64,000 nucleotides of DNA from Promethearchaeota archaeon (GCA_048939995.1 JBHLOY010000007.1:114566-178565), one strand, 5' to 3'. Positions 39,446 through 49,857 are shown, numbered from the stretch's first letter. Made by a program: numbers and translations. The notes: generated from the sequence alone by a model not told the origin.

Positions 39446-40270
39446 CTACAATAATTCGAATAAATCTTCTATCTTACATTTCAATGCTTCAGCAATTCTA
39501 TAGGCTAATAATAGGCTGGGATTATATCTTCCCTCTTCTAAGTAATTTATTGTTTCAATTGGGACTCCAACTTTATCTGCTAATTGAGATGCTGATATTT
39601 TTGCTTTTTCTCTTAATTGTGGAATCGAAGTCTTTAATTTCTCTCCTTCTCGCATCTTAGAAAGAATATAGCTGATGAAATTATCAAATGCTAATTCCTC
39701 AGGTTTGAAAATTTTATCCTCTAATCCACTTGGAACAGTTGAAATTTTTGAAATCATTTCTTTAATCTTATTTTCAATTATATGCGGATCCTTTAATCCA
39801 GGAATATATCCTTCAGGACCAACTCCCCTACGTGTCGTACCTGAACTAACAGCACTATGACCAGCAGTTTCAATCTTGACAGTATAAGTATTAAACACTC
39901 TATCAAAGATTCCTGTAGTAATGTTAATGTTTTGGATTCTTTTATAGGGAATTGTTGCTCTAGTTTTAGTGAACACTCCGTGATTAATTACGATGCTATC
40001 TTTTTGTACTTTATAAGTAAAGCTTTTAACGTATGCTGAAAAGTACCAGGCAGATATCAATGCTATTGTTATATAAGGTATCACTACGAATAATACAATC
40101 GCAATAATGAATAACTCAAAAGGAAAAGTTGGATCGTAAAGACGTAATAAGATTAATAATAATGTAATAAAACACGCCCAAAAAAATAAAATCAAATTAT
40201 TTTTTAAAACCTGCTTTCTAACATATTCTCTGGAAATTGTGCCTACATATACAAATTCTTCCTCACTCAT
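39446..40270 (-). CDS. 2-TM + bacterial PH (YdbS/bPH_2-like) + C-terminal XRE HTH fusion
   Basis: GVF......IPY.RIQ.I....G...R.F....V.IETAG, then LA.KVGV...TI..LE.GRYNPSL.LA. Confidence 0.85.
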   Translation of the reverse strand: MSEEEFVYVGTISREYVRKQVLKNNLILFFWACFITLLLILLRLYDPTFPFELFIIAIVLFVVIPYITIALISAWYFSAYVKSFTYKVQKDSIVINHGVFTKTRATIPYKRIQNINITTGIFDRVFNTYTVKIETAGHSAVSSGTTRRGVGPEGYIPGLKDPHIIENKIKEMISKISTVPSGLEDKIFKPEELAFDNFISYILSKMREGEKLKTSIPQLREKAKISASQLADKVGVPIETINYLEEGRYNPSLLLAYRIAEALKCKIEDLFELL

Positions 40271-40304
40271 TAAATTCCTCTCTTTTTATTTAGTTATACT
40301 AGTT

Positions 40305-40317
40305 AATTTACTAGTCA
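40305..40317 (-). promoter_or_regulatory. candidate operator copy 1 (TGACTAGTAAATT)
   Basis: 13-mer identical, in inverted orientation, to 40494-40506; part of ACTAGT-N6-ACTAGT. Confidence 0.5.
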
Positions 40318-40493
40318 AACTATTATTATATTAATAGTAATGCGGAAATTTATAACTTACTATTATTGCTAATTATTGCTTTCAAGCTTTACTAAGCCAT
40401 TACTTGAAAGGAATGCAATATGTTATATTTAATTATATTTAATTATGTATCAAATAAGGATTCCTTTTAAATCACAGCAACATTTAAATATGA

Positions 40494-40506
40494 TGACTAG
40501 TAAATT
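40494..40506 (+). promoter_or_regulatory. candidate operator copy 2 (TGACTAGTAAATT)
   Basis: 3 nt downstream of TTTAAATA (40483-40490). Confidence 0.5.
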
Positions 40507-40587
40507 TAACATGGGTATGAGAAAGATGCATTAGTCATGCCTAATAAATAAAATAAAATATAGAAAATCAAGAGTGAGATTATAAGA

Positions 40588-40818
40588 TTGTTGAAGGATG
40601 AATCCCAGGTAATCGAAAGGATTTATGGAGTCAACGTTTTTAATGAAAAAAATGAATATGTTCCAGATAAGTCAAATAAAGCAAAACATATGATCAACGA
40701 GATATATGTTAATAATTCTATCTCTGCAAAAGCCAAGAAAAGAATTTTTATTGGACTTCAGTTACTGATTATTGCTGCTCATATTGCATTCTTTATCCTG
40801 AGAATGTTTCATATTTAA
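40588..40818 (+). CDS. small protein with C-terminal TM
   Basis: Basic patch followed by a single C-terminal hydrophobic helix. Confidence 0.6.
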   Translation: MLKDESQVIERIYGVNVFNEKNEYVPDKSNKAKHMINEIYVNNSISAKAKKRIFIGLQLLIIAAHIAFFILRMFHI

Positions 40819-40843
40819 ACCAAACTCTTGAGGAGATAAACAC

Positions 40844-41005
40844 ATGGAAGAAAATTTAATAGAAGAGAAGGTAATAAAGGAATCTAAAATAGTTATCTCA
40901 AAAAAAAATAATCGCGCAAAAAAAGTATTGATAGTCATATTAAAGTTACTTATATTATTTGCTTTTCCTGTCACAGTGGCGATAATTGACCATTTTGTAT
41001 TTTAA
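40844..41005 (+). CDS. small protein with C-terminal TM, 53 aa (not in ORF track)
   Basis: AGGAG RBS; MEENLIEEKVIKESKIVISKKNNRAKKVLIVILKLLILFAFPVTVAIIDHFVF*. Confidence 0.65.
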   Translation: MEENLIEEKVIKESKIVISKKNNRAKKVLIVILKLLILFAFPVTVAIIDHFVF

Positions 41006-41222
41006 AGTACCCTTATGATACCTGAAGAGAATTGGGAATTATGGAAGGATAACATTAGTTCTATACATAATTAAATTTAGCGTTATTCTCAATCTTTAGA
41101 AGTCTAATTTGGATTTGGAGTAATAGAGATCAAACGAAATAAACAAGATTAATTTAAAATTCAATCAATAACTAAAGTATTATAGTTAATCTAATTCAAT
41201 TGAAAGAGTAATTTAAATAGTA

Positions 41223-42278
41223 ATGCAATCTATAGGCCAAAAAGTCAACGAACGAGTTGTAACATTTGGAGAAATACTTCTACGACTTTCTCCTCCGTAT
41301 TTCCAGCGCTTTATTCAAACTCGTTCGTTTGATGCTATTTATGGAGGATCCGAGGCGAATGTAGCAGTTTCTTTAGCTAATTTTGGTATACCTGTCGAGT
41401 ATATAACACGAGTACCTAAAAATGAAATTGGAGATGCTTGTCTTTACTATCTAAGGCAATTTGGTGTGCTCACAGACAAAATTGTTAGAGGAGGGACCAG
41501 ATTAGGTATATACTTTCTTGAAACAGGAGCATCTGTTCGTTCTAGCAAAGTAATATATGATCGTGAAAATTCTGCTTTCGCAACCTCTCATCCTAAAATG
41601 TTTGATTGGGATAATTTATTTGAAAATGTAGGTTGGTTTAATTGGACTGGAATCACTCCAGCTATATCTCAAAATTTAACAGAAATCTGTTTGAAAGCAG
41701 TGAAAGTTGCTAAATCTAAAAATATTACAATCTCTTGCGATCTAAATTATAGGGATAAATTATGGAATTATGGAAAAAAAGCTTCAGAAGTCATGCCTGA
41801 ATTATTAAATTATTGTGATATTTTGATTTGCAACGAAGAAGATGCTGATAAAGTATTACATATTAAAGCACCTAACACAAACATTTCTTCAGGCCAACTA
41901 AATCCTGAAAACTATAAACAAGTTGCACATGATATAATAACTAGGTTCCCAAACTTAAGTTATGTGGCAATAACTTTAAGAGGATCCCTCTCTGCCAGCC
42001 ATAATACATGGGCAGGAATATTATACAATAAGAAAGAAATGTTTATAAGCCCACATTATGACATTACTCATATAATTGATAGAGTGGGGGGTGGAGATTC
42101 ATTTGTCGCTGGCCTAATTTATGGTCTTTTAACTTTTGGTAATGATCTGCAGAAAGTATTGAATTTTGCTGTTGCAGCCTCATGTTTAAAACATACTATT
42201 TTTGGTGATTTTAATTTAGTATCGATTGATGAGGTAGAGAAGATTATGAAAGATATATCTGGTCGTATTACAAGATAA
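41223..42278 (+). CDS. kdgK: PfkB sugar kinase, 2-keto-3-deoxygluconate kinase-like
   Basis: FGEILLRL, GGSEANVA, YDR, DLNYR..LW, DRVGGGDSF. Confidence 0.85.
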   Translation: MQSIGQKVNERVVTFGEILLRLSPPYFQRFIQTRSFDAIYGGSEANVAVSLANFGIPVEYITRVPKNEIGDACLYYLRQFGVLTDKIVRGGTRLGIYFLETGASVRSSKVIYDRENSAFATSHPKMFDWDNLFENVGWFNWTGITPAISQNLTEICLKAVKVAKSKNITISCDLNYRDKLWNYGKKASEVMPELLNYCDILICNEEDADKVLHIKAPNTNISSGQLNPENYKQVAHDIITRFPNLSYVAITLRGSLSASHNTWAGILYNKKEMFISPHYDITHIIDRVGGGDSFVAGLIYGLLTFGNDLQKVLNFAVAASCLKHTIFGDFNLVSIDEVEKIMKDISGRITR

Positions 42279-42292
42279 TTAAAAAAAAGAGA

Positions 42293-43099
42293 ATGAATAA
42301 GATGTATATCTCAAATAATTTAATAATAACAGTTACCACGGCAAATTCATGGATCTATCCTGAATTGAAAAATTGGGCGCAAACAACTGATAAATTAATA
42401 GAAGATATTGTAAAATGCTATGAAACTGGAGCAGCAATTGCTCATGTTCATTTACCTAGAGGAGAAGAGATTGACACTGTAAAAAAAATCAGGGAAAAAT
42501 GCGATATCATCATCCAAGCAGGAATGTCGAGTTATCCTATAGAAGAAAGAGCTCCAGATTTTCATGCTAAACCAGACATGCTCTCAGTTATATCAAATCA
42601 TCATGCAGAACATTTTCCAGAAGCAAATGTAGACGTTATACATGATATTTATGAATTAGAGCAATATTGTATTTCTTGTGAGAAATTTGGGATAAAAATT
42701 GAATGGGAAGTATGGCATACTGGTTCCTACTGGAATTTAAATTATTTAATTGAAAAAAGTTTATTAAATCCACCCTATGTACTGACCTTGTTTTTCAATT
42801 GGCCAGGAGGAACATGGTCTCCACCAACAGCTGATGAATATTATCACAGAATAAAATATATGCCCCATGATTCTGTGCATACTATTAGCGTTATGGGAAA
42901 CGAGCAAAGTAAAATAGCTGTGTTAGCTATTCAAAATGGAGGAAACGTACGTGTTGGAACTGAAGATTATCCATTCATTAAAGAAGGAATACCAGCTAAG
43001 AATAATTCTGAACTAGTTCATCGTATGGTTAAAATAGGAAAAGAGTTAGAACGTGAAGTGGCTGATCCCTCTGAAGCAAGAAAGTTATTAGGAATATAA
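42293..43099 (+). CDS. beta-keto acid cleavage enzyme (BKACE/DUF849)
   Basis: GAAIAHVH, GG.VRVGTED, N.ELV, A.P.EAR..LG. Confidence 0.88.
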   Translation: MNKMYISNNLIITVTTANSWIYPELKNWAQTTDKLIEDIVKCYETGAAIAHVHLPRGEEIDTVKKIREKCDIIIQAGMSSYPIEERAPDFHAKPDMLSVISNHHAEHFPEANVDVIHDIYELEQYCISCEKFGIKIEWEVWHTGSYWNLNYLIEKSLLNPPYVLTLFFNWPGGTWSPPTADEYYHRIKYMPHDSVHTISVMGNEQSKIAVLAIQNGGNVRVGTEDYPFIKEGIPAKNNSELVHRMVKIGKELEREVADPSEARKLLGI

Positions 43100-43110
43100 G
43101 TAATGAAAAA

Positions 43111-43869
43111 GTGTTTTTTATGAAATTGAAGGATAAAGTAGCAATTATCACAGGAGCGGGGGCTGGTATAGGTGAAGCAACCGCTATGTTATTCGCAAAA
43201 GAAGGAGCAAAACTATGCTGTAATTCACTCTCAAACACTGCTTTTAAAGTAGTAGAAAAAATCAAAAAATCTGGGGGAGATGCTATCTTTGTGCAAGCAG
43301 ATGTTTCTAAGGAGAAGGATGCCAAAAAAATTGTGGATAACACTCTAAATCAGTATGGAAAAATCGATATTTTATTTAATAATGCAGGAATTGTTCTAGG
43401 AGGAAGTATAGATACTATAAGTACTGAGGATTGGGATAAAACAATGGCTGTAAATGTCCGTGGGATCTATTTAGTATCAAAATATGCAGTTCCATACTTG
43501 AAACAAGTTAAAGGTGTAATAATTAATAATTCATCATCTATAGCTTTTAAAGGATTTCCTAATCGAGCAGCTTATACTGCATCAAAGGGAGCTGTATTAT
43601 CTATGACAAGGGCAATGGCTGCTGATTATATTGAGGATGGAGTTCGAGTAAATGCAATTTGCCCTGGTACAACAGATACACCATCTCTATCTGAAAGAAT
43701 AAAAAGTAGGGGTGGTGATTATAATGATATCAGACAACAGTATATCGATCGTCAACCTATGAAGCGCTTAGGAAAGCCTGAGGAAATTGCTGAAGGGGTT
43801 TTATTTCTTGCTCTAAATGAATTTTGTACAGGAGTAAGCCTTATAATTGATGGTGGAATGACAATGTAA
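43111..43869 (+). CDS. SDR oxidoreductase
   Basis: TGAGAGIG, NNAG, YTASK. Confidence 0.92.
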   Translation: MFFMKLKDKVAIITGAGAGIGEATAMLFAKEGAKLCCNSLSNTAFKVVEKIKKSGGDAIFVQADVSKEKDAKKIVDNTLNQYGKIDILFNNAGIVLGGSIDTISTEDWDKTMAVNVRGIYLVSKYAVPYLKQVKGVIINNSSSIAFKGFPNRAAYTASKGAVLSMTRAMAADYIEDGVRVNAICPGTTDTPSLSERIKSRGGDYNDIRQQYIDRQPMKRLGKPEEIAEGVLFLALNEFCTGVSLIIDGGMTM

Positions 43870-43876
43870 TGTTAAA

Positions 43877-44656
43877 TTATCTTGTTGTCCAACCCCCATC
43901 AATCCTCAAGTCAGCGCCAGTAATGTAGGAGGATTCATCGGTTGCTAAAAACAATATTCCTGTAGCTATTTCTTCTGGAGTTGCCCAACGTCCTAAAACT
44001 CCTTCTGCTTCGAATTCCTTCTTTACAGCCTCATATGATAATCCTCTATCCTTAGCTTGTTTTGCGACATCACTCTGTAACATAGGTGTATCAGTAGCTC
44101 CCGGACTTACACTATTCACTCTCACATTATAAGGTGCTAAATCTAGTGCTAAAGCTCTTGTGTATCCCAAAACTGCCGCCTTCGTGGAACAATAATTTGC
44201 GTGAGCAACTTGTCCAATATGAGCCGCTACTGATGCTAAAGTAATTATCGATCCAGATTTTTGTTTCTTAAAATAAGGGACGGCATATTTACAGGTATAA
44301 TGGGTACCCTTAATATTTACATCAATGAGGAGGCTATAATCATCATCTGGAAAACTCTCCACCGGTCCGACTCTTACAACGCCAGCATTTACAACTAAAA
44401 CGTCGATTCTGCCAAATTTTTCAATTGTCGTATCTATCATGCTTTTAACTTCTAATGGATTTCTCACGTCTACAACCGAAACTTTGGTTTTCTCCTTAAC
44501 TTTGTTATTAATTAACATACAGGTTTCATTCAATCCCATTTCATCAATATCTGAAAGTATTTGAATTGCACCTTCTTTTGCGAATAGAATAGCTGTTGCA
44601 CGTCCAATACCCGAGGCAGCTCCAGTAATTATAACAATTTTATCTTTCAATCTCAT
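43877..44656 (-). CDS. SDR oxidoreductase
   Basis: TGAASGIG, NAG, YCSTK. Confidence 0.92.
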   Translation of the reverse strand: MRLKDKIVIITGAASGIGRATAILFAKEGAIQILSDIDEMGLNETCMLINNKVKEKTKVSVVDVRNPLEVKSMIDTTIEKFGRIDVLVVNAGVVRVGPVESFPDDDYSLLIDVNIKGTHYTCKYAVPYFKKQKSGSIITLASVAAHIGQVAHANYCSTKAAVLGYTRALALDLAPYNVRVNSVSPGATDTPMLQSDVAKQAKDRGLSYEAVKKEFEAEGVLGRWATPEEIATGILFLATDESSYITGADLRIDGGWTTR

Positions 44657-44664
44657 AATTTTTA

Positions 44665-45804
44665 TTAACCTCCTTTTACTACTATTCGCTTATCTAAATT
44701 AGATAAGCTTTCTGTCCCATTTTCAGTAATACGATAACAATCTTCAATTCCTACTAATCCTTGACCTGGTACATTAAGCCAGACTTCAAGATCAAGAACC
44801 ATATTTTTTTCAAATTGGATATCCATTGCACCAGTTGGACCAAATAAATGTGCTTCTTCACATTCTAATCCGATACTATGTCCTGTTATTAGATAAAATC
44901 CTCTTTTAGTTAAGGATTTTAAAAAGCTCTTAGCCTCTTCTCGAAATTCTTTAGCATTGATGCCTGGTTTTATGTTGTCAGCACAATACTCTTGAACTTG
45001 GATCATATAATCCATTGCTTCCTTAGCTTTTTGGGGGATTTCTCCGATGACAACTCCCCTACTGACATCTGAAATATACCCTTCCCATACAGCTCCAAAG
45101 TCAAACCGGATTATATTATTTTTTCTAACTGGGGTTCCTAAACCTGGAGCTTCTGGATCTGAAGGTCCAATGCTCATAGTTAAGTGATCCCACCCCCAAG
45201 CTCCTTCTTCAACAATTGTTTTTCGTGCAATTTGTAATAATTTCGTATCAGGAATATCTAATTCAGTCGCATCAATACAAGCTAATATAGCTTTTTCAGC
45301 AACTTGTGTAGATTTTTTAATTCGTCGAATTTCCTCTTCAGTTTTAATTAATCGCATATCTATAAACGCACTATCTCCATTCACGAAATCAGCGTTAGGG
45401 AATTCTTTTTTTAGAGCCTCAGATTGATACCTTGGCATATATGATTCTAGAGCAATAGTTTTATCTTCTAACTCCCATTCAACTATTTTTTTTAATAACA
45501 ATTTTATAGCAGCATCAAGTGTCCCAATTCTGATTACTTCATTTGGATTTAGCCAAGAAAATTCTTCTACACTATTATATAAACTCCAAATTAAAGCACT
45601 TTCCTCTCCATCTCTCCTAATTAAAGATAGAAATGGATATTGATTTGATAATACATATAAGATAGGATTTGGAGCAACATGAGTTACGGGTAGTCCAGTA
45701 GTGTAAAAAACATTTACTGGAGTTGATGCTATTAGAAGATCAATATCAAACTTATCTAAAATTTTTTTTGCTCTGTCTTTATCATAACCTATTGGTCTAA
45801 CCAT
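44665..45804 (-). CDS. M24 (Xaa-Pro peptidase/creatinase-like) protein
   Basis: R.IK..EEI, DFG, YISD, GHSIG, IED. Confidence 0.88.
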   Translation of the reverse strand: MVRPIGYDKDRAKKILDKFDIDLLIASTPVNVFYTTGLPVTHVAPNPILYVLSNQYPFLSLIRRDGEESALIWSLYNSVEEFSWLNPNEVIRIGTLDAAIKLLLKKIVEWELEDKTIALESYMPRYQSEALKKEFPNADFVNGDSAFIDMRLIKTEEEIRRIKKSTQVAEKAILACIDATELDIPDTKLLQIARKTIVEEGAWGWDHLTMSIGPSDPEAPGLGTPVRKNNIIRFDFGAVWEGYISDVSRGVVIGEIPQKAKEAMDYMIQVQEYCADNIKPGINAKEFREEAKSFLKSLTKRGFYLITGHSIGLECEEAHLFGPTGAMDIQFEKNMVLDLEVWLNVPGQGLVGIEDCYRITENGTESLSNLDKRIVVKGG

Positions 45805-45956
45805 ATTATACCTCGAATTTCATATATTAAATGATTAAAATATAGATTAGATTAAAAAATTTATATATATACAAAATGAATCTCTTAAATCTCTAATATA
45901 AAATAGTATTAAATTATATAATAATCTATAAATTCACTAAATTTTTTTTCAAAATT

Positions 45957-47084
45957 ATGGAATTTGTCAAATATGGTTTAATTGGGAGTGGTGTTGCTTG
46001 GAAATATCATCAAATGGGGATAAGGCATATTCCCAAAATGAAGTTCAAATCAGTTTATGACATTAATGAAAAAAATGGAAAAAAAATAGCAAAAGCAGGA
46101 AATATGGATTATTTTTATGACTTAGATAGATTTTTTAAAAGCGATTTTGATGCTGTTATTATAATGACTCCACATTATCTTCATGAACAGTACGTTATAG
46201 CAGCAGCAAAAGCCGGAAAACATATATTATGCGAAAAACCAATGGCTACAACGCTTGAGGGATGTGATGCAATGATTGAAGCAACAAAAAAAGCAGGTGT
46301 TAAATTCATGATTGCTGAAAATCATAGATTTTTACCCGTGCATGAATATATTATGAAAGCAGTACAATCTGGTTTAATAGGGAAAGTCTTTCTAGTACGT
46401 GCTTATGAAGGAGTAAATGAAATAAAATTTCTTATGAAAAAAGGATCTTGGAAAGGTCATCCAATTCTAGCGGGAGGAGGAGCCTTAATTGATATGGGTG
46501 CCCATAAATTTGTTACTCTTAATTGGATTCTAAATGACACTGTTGAATCGAGCTATTGTTGGTTAGCTAAACAGTGCACTAATTTGGAAGAAAAAGCAGA
46601 AGATAATGCAATGGCATTACTAAAATTCAAAAAAGGAACAATTGCTGAAATTACAGTTAGTTTTACAGTTGTATCTCCGTTTAATAACAGCCTTGAATTG
46701 TATGGAACAGAAGGGACGATTATTGAAAGTCATGAGAGGGAAAATCCCATTAGAATCTTTTCTAAAAATGAAAAGATGGGAAATTATATAAATAAATGGT
46801 TCGAACCAAAAATTGAACATAAACCATTCCCTACATACTATGATATATCAATGAGAAACGAGGATTCCTACTTCACTGACTGTATTATCAACGACATTGA
46901 ACCCGAATTTACTCCTGAACAAGCTAAAGAGGCAATCTTTGACGTCTTAATGTGTTATTTATCAGCTAAAAACGGAGAAACAGCCACTAGAGACGAATTG
47001 AATAAATTATATAGAACTGTAGGAACGAAAACTATTTTGGAAGGATTAAAAGAAATAGTTCAACAAAATTTCCCTATTGAATAA
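45957..47084 (+). CDS. Gfo/Idh/MocA oxidoreductase
   Basis: TPHYLH, GKHILCEKP, GGGALID.GAH. Confidence 0.92.
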   Translation: MEFVKYGLIGSGVAWKYHQMGIRHIPKMKFKSVYDINEKNGKKIAKAGNMDYFYDLDRFFKSDFDAVIIMTPHYLHEQYVIAAAKAGKHILCEKPMATTLEGCDAMIEATKKAGVKFMIAENHRFLPVHEYIMKAVQSGLIGKVFLVRAYEGVNEIKFLMKKGSWKGHPILAGGGALIDMGAHKFVTLNWILNDTVESSYCWLAKQCTNLEEKAEDNAMALLKFKKGTIAEITVSFTVVSPFNNSLELYGTEGTIIESHERENPIRIFSKNEKMGNYINKWFEPKIEHKPFPTYYDISMRNEDSYFTDCIINDIEPEFTPEQAKEAIFDVLMCYLSAKNGETATRDELNKLYRTVGTKTILEGLKEIVQQNFPIE

Positions 47085-47181
47085 AAACTTCAACTACTGA
47101 ATTCTACTAAACTTATCAGCTCCTCCTTTTTAAATAAATTTTTTCTCTTATTTTCATTAATTTGAAAATTCTCCGAGATGA

Positions 47182-47517
47182 ATATTCATTTCAAAAGGTT
47201 TTATTAATAACTCAGTATTAGAAAATCACTCTAAGGAGATTAAATCCTTAGAAAATATTTCTTTATTAGAAATCGGAGAATCTCAGATAGATAATTTAAA
47301 TAGTTCTTCTATAGTAAATGATCAAGATCTAATTTTTAAATGTGATTTAGTCAAAAAAGAATATCTGACTATGGTAAACGATATCCATCAGCTGCTGGAA
47401 AATTGTGAGAATTTAAATAATAACCAGAAATTAGATTATTGTAATAATGAGCGATATTTTATGAGACAATATCTTAAATATACTCTAATAAAAGTTAATA
47501 ATTGTTTTCCTGATTAA
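47182..47517 (+). other. stop-free 111-codon frame lacking a canonical start at its 5' end (gene remnant or non-AUG gene)
   Basis: IFISKGFINNSVLENHSKEIKSLENISLLEIG...MRQYLKYTLIKVNNCFPD*; first in-frame ATG is only at 47371. Confidence 0.4.
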
Positions 47518-47584
47518 TTATAAAAATTAAAGTTATTAAACTTCAATCCTTAGGAAATCTAACTATAATAATATTTAATAAAGC

Positions 47585-48448
47585 ATGCTATTTTCAAAAT
47601 CAATAATCGAAATAATAAAGGAGCGCACTTCTTGGAGAACTTACGAAAATAAACTTATAGAACCAGATTTAAGAACTCAAATTGAAAAGATTTTAAAACT
47701 AGACAATATCGAGAGCCCTTTTAAAAATAGATCTGGTAATTCTCGATTCCATTTATTAAGCGTACCAGAATTCGATCCTGCTGAAAATATTAAGATCGGA
47801 ACTTATGGAATGATCAAAGGCGCTCAGGAATTTATAGCTGGAGCCACTGAGAAATCTGAATATTATCTCGAGAATTATGGGTACATATTTGAAACTATAA
47901 TATTAGCCATTACAGAATTAGGATTAGGATCATGTTGGCTAGGAGGAACATTTAGTCGCTCTCAAATTTCAAAATTACTTCAACTTAAAGATAATGAAGT
48001 TATACCGGCAATAACTCCTGTTGGATATCCCATAGCAAGAAGATGGAAAGAAAAAGTTATTAGATCATTTGCTAAAGCTAAAATAAGAAAACCCTGGAAT
48101 GAGCTCTTTTTTGATGGAGATTTTAATACACCACTAAGTCAAGAAACTAAGGCAGATTTCACAACTATTCTTGAAATGATTAGAATTGGACCATCAGCCG
48201 GAAACAAACAACCATGGCGAATACTTAAAGAGAAAGATAAAGATATTTATCATTTTTTCGTGAGATATTCAGAAGATAAGAAGTTGGCTGCATATAATCA
48301 ATTCGTTCGGTTAGATATCGGAATCGCTATTTGTCATTTCGATCTATCAACTAAGGAATTGGCATTATCAGGAAAATGGGAAATCTTAAAACTTAATTTA
48401 GACATTCCTAAGAATTTAAAATACACGATCTCGTGGATTGGTAATTAA
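47585..48448 (+). CDS. nitroreductase family protein
   Basis: R.SWR.Y, GTYG.I.GA, LGLGSCWLGG, PSAGNKQPWR. Confidence 0.9.
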   Translation: MLFSKSIIEIIKERTSWRTYENKLIEPDLRTQIEKILKLDNIESPFKNRSGNSRFHLLSVPEFDPAENIKIGTYGMIKGAQEFIAGATEKSEYYLENYGYIFETIILAITELGLGSCWLGGTFSRSQISKLLQLKDNEVIPAITPVGYPIARRWKEKVIRSFAKAKIRKPWNELFFDGDFNTPLSQETKADFTTILEMIRIGPSAGNKQPWRILKEKDKDIYHFFVRYSEDKKLAAYNQFVRLDIGIAICHFDLSTKELALSGKWEILKLNLDIPKNLKYTISWIGN

Positions 48449-48491
48449 ATCAGAATATTTTTAATAATTTTTAATCTTAAAAATAATTATT

Positions 48492-49118
48492 ATGAAGAAA
48501 AGCAAAATTTCGATTCCAATAATACCTGAATTATACCAACTCACTCATAATGACTTTGCACCAGCCTGTGTTATATTAGGACAAGCATTCCAAGAAGATC
48601 CAATTTGGAAAGAAATTCTAAAAAATGATCTTGAAAAGTTTTCAATCTTATTTGGAGTACCTCTCAAATATACTCTTAAATATGGGAGGGTATATGGAAG
48701 TTCTTCAAAATTAGAAGGCATAGCTGCATGGTTGCACTCAGATCATATGGATATGAATTTTTTTCGGTCAATTAGGAGTGGAGCTTTTATGAGTGCATTG
48801 AAACTTGGAAGAAAAATAGGTAAACTTATAGGAGAAGTATTTGATATTATTGTTAAAGACCGTGAATCTCACATGAAAGGTTCTTACGTTTATCTATATG
48901 TAATAGGAGTATCCCCTGATCATCAAAACCAAGGTATTGGTTCTAAATTGATTAACATTATGCTAGATTGTCTCTCTCCAGATCTTCCTATCTATTTAGA
49001 AACTGAAACTGAACGAAATGTAAGATTCTATGAAAGTTTAGGATTCAATGTATTGAAAAGAATAACAGTTCCTAATTTAGAATTACCCATGTGGGAAATG
49101 TTACATAATAGGAAATAA
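48492..49118 (+). CDS. GNAT acetyltransferase
   Basis: IGVSPDHQNQGIG, YLET...NV.FY...GF. Confidence 0.9.
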   Translation: MKKSKISIPIIPELYQLTHNDFAPACVILGQAFQEDPIWKEILKNDLEKFSILFGVPLKYTLKYGRVYGSSSKLEGIAAWLHSDHMDMNFFRSIRSGAFMSALKLGRKIGKLIGEVFDIIVKDRESHMKGSYVYLYVIGVSPDHQNQGIGSKLINIMLDCLSPDLPIYLETETERNVRFYESLGFNVLKRITVPNLELPMWEMLHNRK

Positions 49119-49150
49119 TCATCACTCATTTCACGCGTTTTTATATTATG

Positions 49151-49720
49151 TTATATCACAATGTAAAAGAACGTAGAAGTAGGTTGTTTACTCATTTTAT
49201 TTATCAGTTCATAATCTAACTTCAACCTTTCAAACCCATCTAGTGCATACTTATAAGAAGTAAGAATTGAACCTTGTTTAGCAGTTGATAACAGATGTGG
49301 AAGATATTTGTGCATAGGAGGGAAAGAATAAATATAAATAAAGTCAAAATTTCCTAGGTTAATATCATATAAATCTCCATGAATGAATTTAATTTTTTTT
49401 AATACCTTTTTTTGGTGAGTTTTTCCCTTTCTTAAGGATTTAAGATAGTTTTTTGCTTCCTTAACTAAATCTAAGTTAACTTCAATTCCTACAGACTTTA
49501 TATCATAATTTGTAGCAGAGTGAATAACTACTTTTCCATTTCCGGCGCCTAAATCTATTAACTTCTGTTTAGAGTGCTTAATTAATCCATACTTTAGTTT
49601 AAGAGTTTTAAAAATGCTATTAATATGATCCTGATTTGTTTCTAAGAAGGGTAAATCTAGTTGAGAACTAACATTAACAAATGTTGATTTCTTCATTAAT
49701 ATTTCAAAGAAATTACCCAT
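49151..49720 (-). CDS. class I SAM methyltransferase
   Basis: PF..T, DLGAGNG, GIE. Confidence 0.85.
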   Translation of the reverse strand: MGNFFEILMKKSTFVNVSSQLDLPFLETNQDHINSIFKTLKLKYGLIKHSKQKLIDLGAGNGKVVIHSATNYDIKSVGIEVNLDLVKEAKNYLKSLRKGKTHQKKVLKKIKFIHGDLYDINLGNFDFIYIYSFPPMHKYLPHLLSTAKQGSILTSYKYALDGFERLKLDYELINKMSKQPTSTFFYIVI

Positions 49721-49857
49721 AAATGTAAATTCTTCCTCTTTACTTTCCTAATTTTAAAACTTTTAATCGTTACAAATAGGATTAGTATTATTAACCTTTT
49801 AAAACTAAAATAATTTCTAATATTAGTTTTTAAATCCTATTAGTTTCTTTCTTAATC

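Noticed and set aside
39328-39660. Short antisense or alternate-frame ORFs in the track (this one and e.g. 4452, 6495, 6533, 17010, 20308, 36550, 40762, 43029, 59596, 62017)
   Set aside because: Shadow ORFs overlapping well-supported genes, with no motifs.
41015-41074. 19-codon ORF MIPEENWELWKDNISSIHN
   Set aside because: Too short to support; possibly a gene remnant.
47161-47181. TGA read-through as selenocysteine before the 47182 frame
   Set aside because: There is an in-frame TAA at 47158-47160 with no start codon in between, and no Sec-type redox motif.
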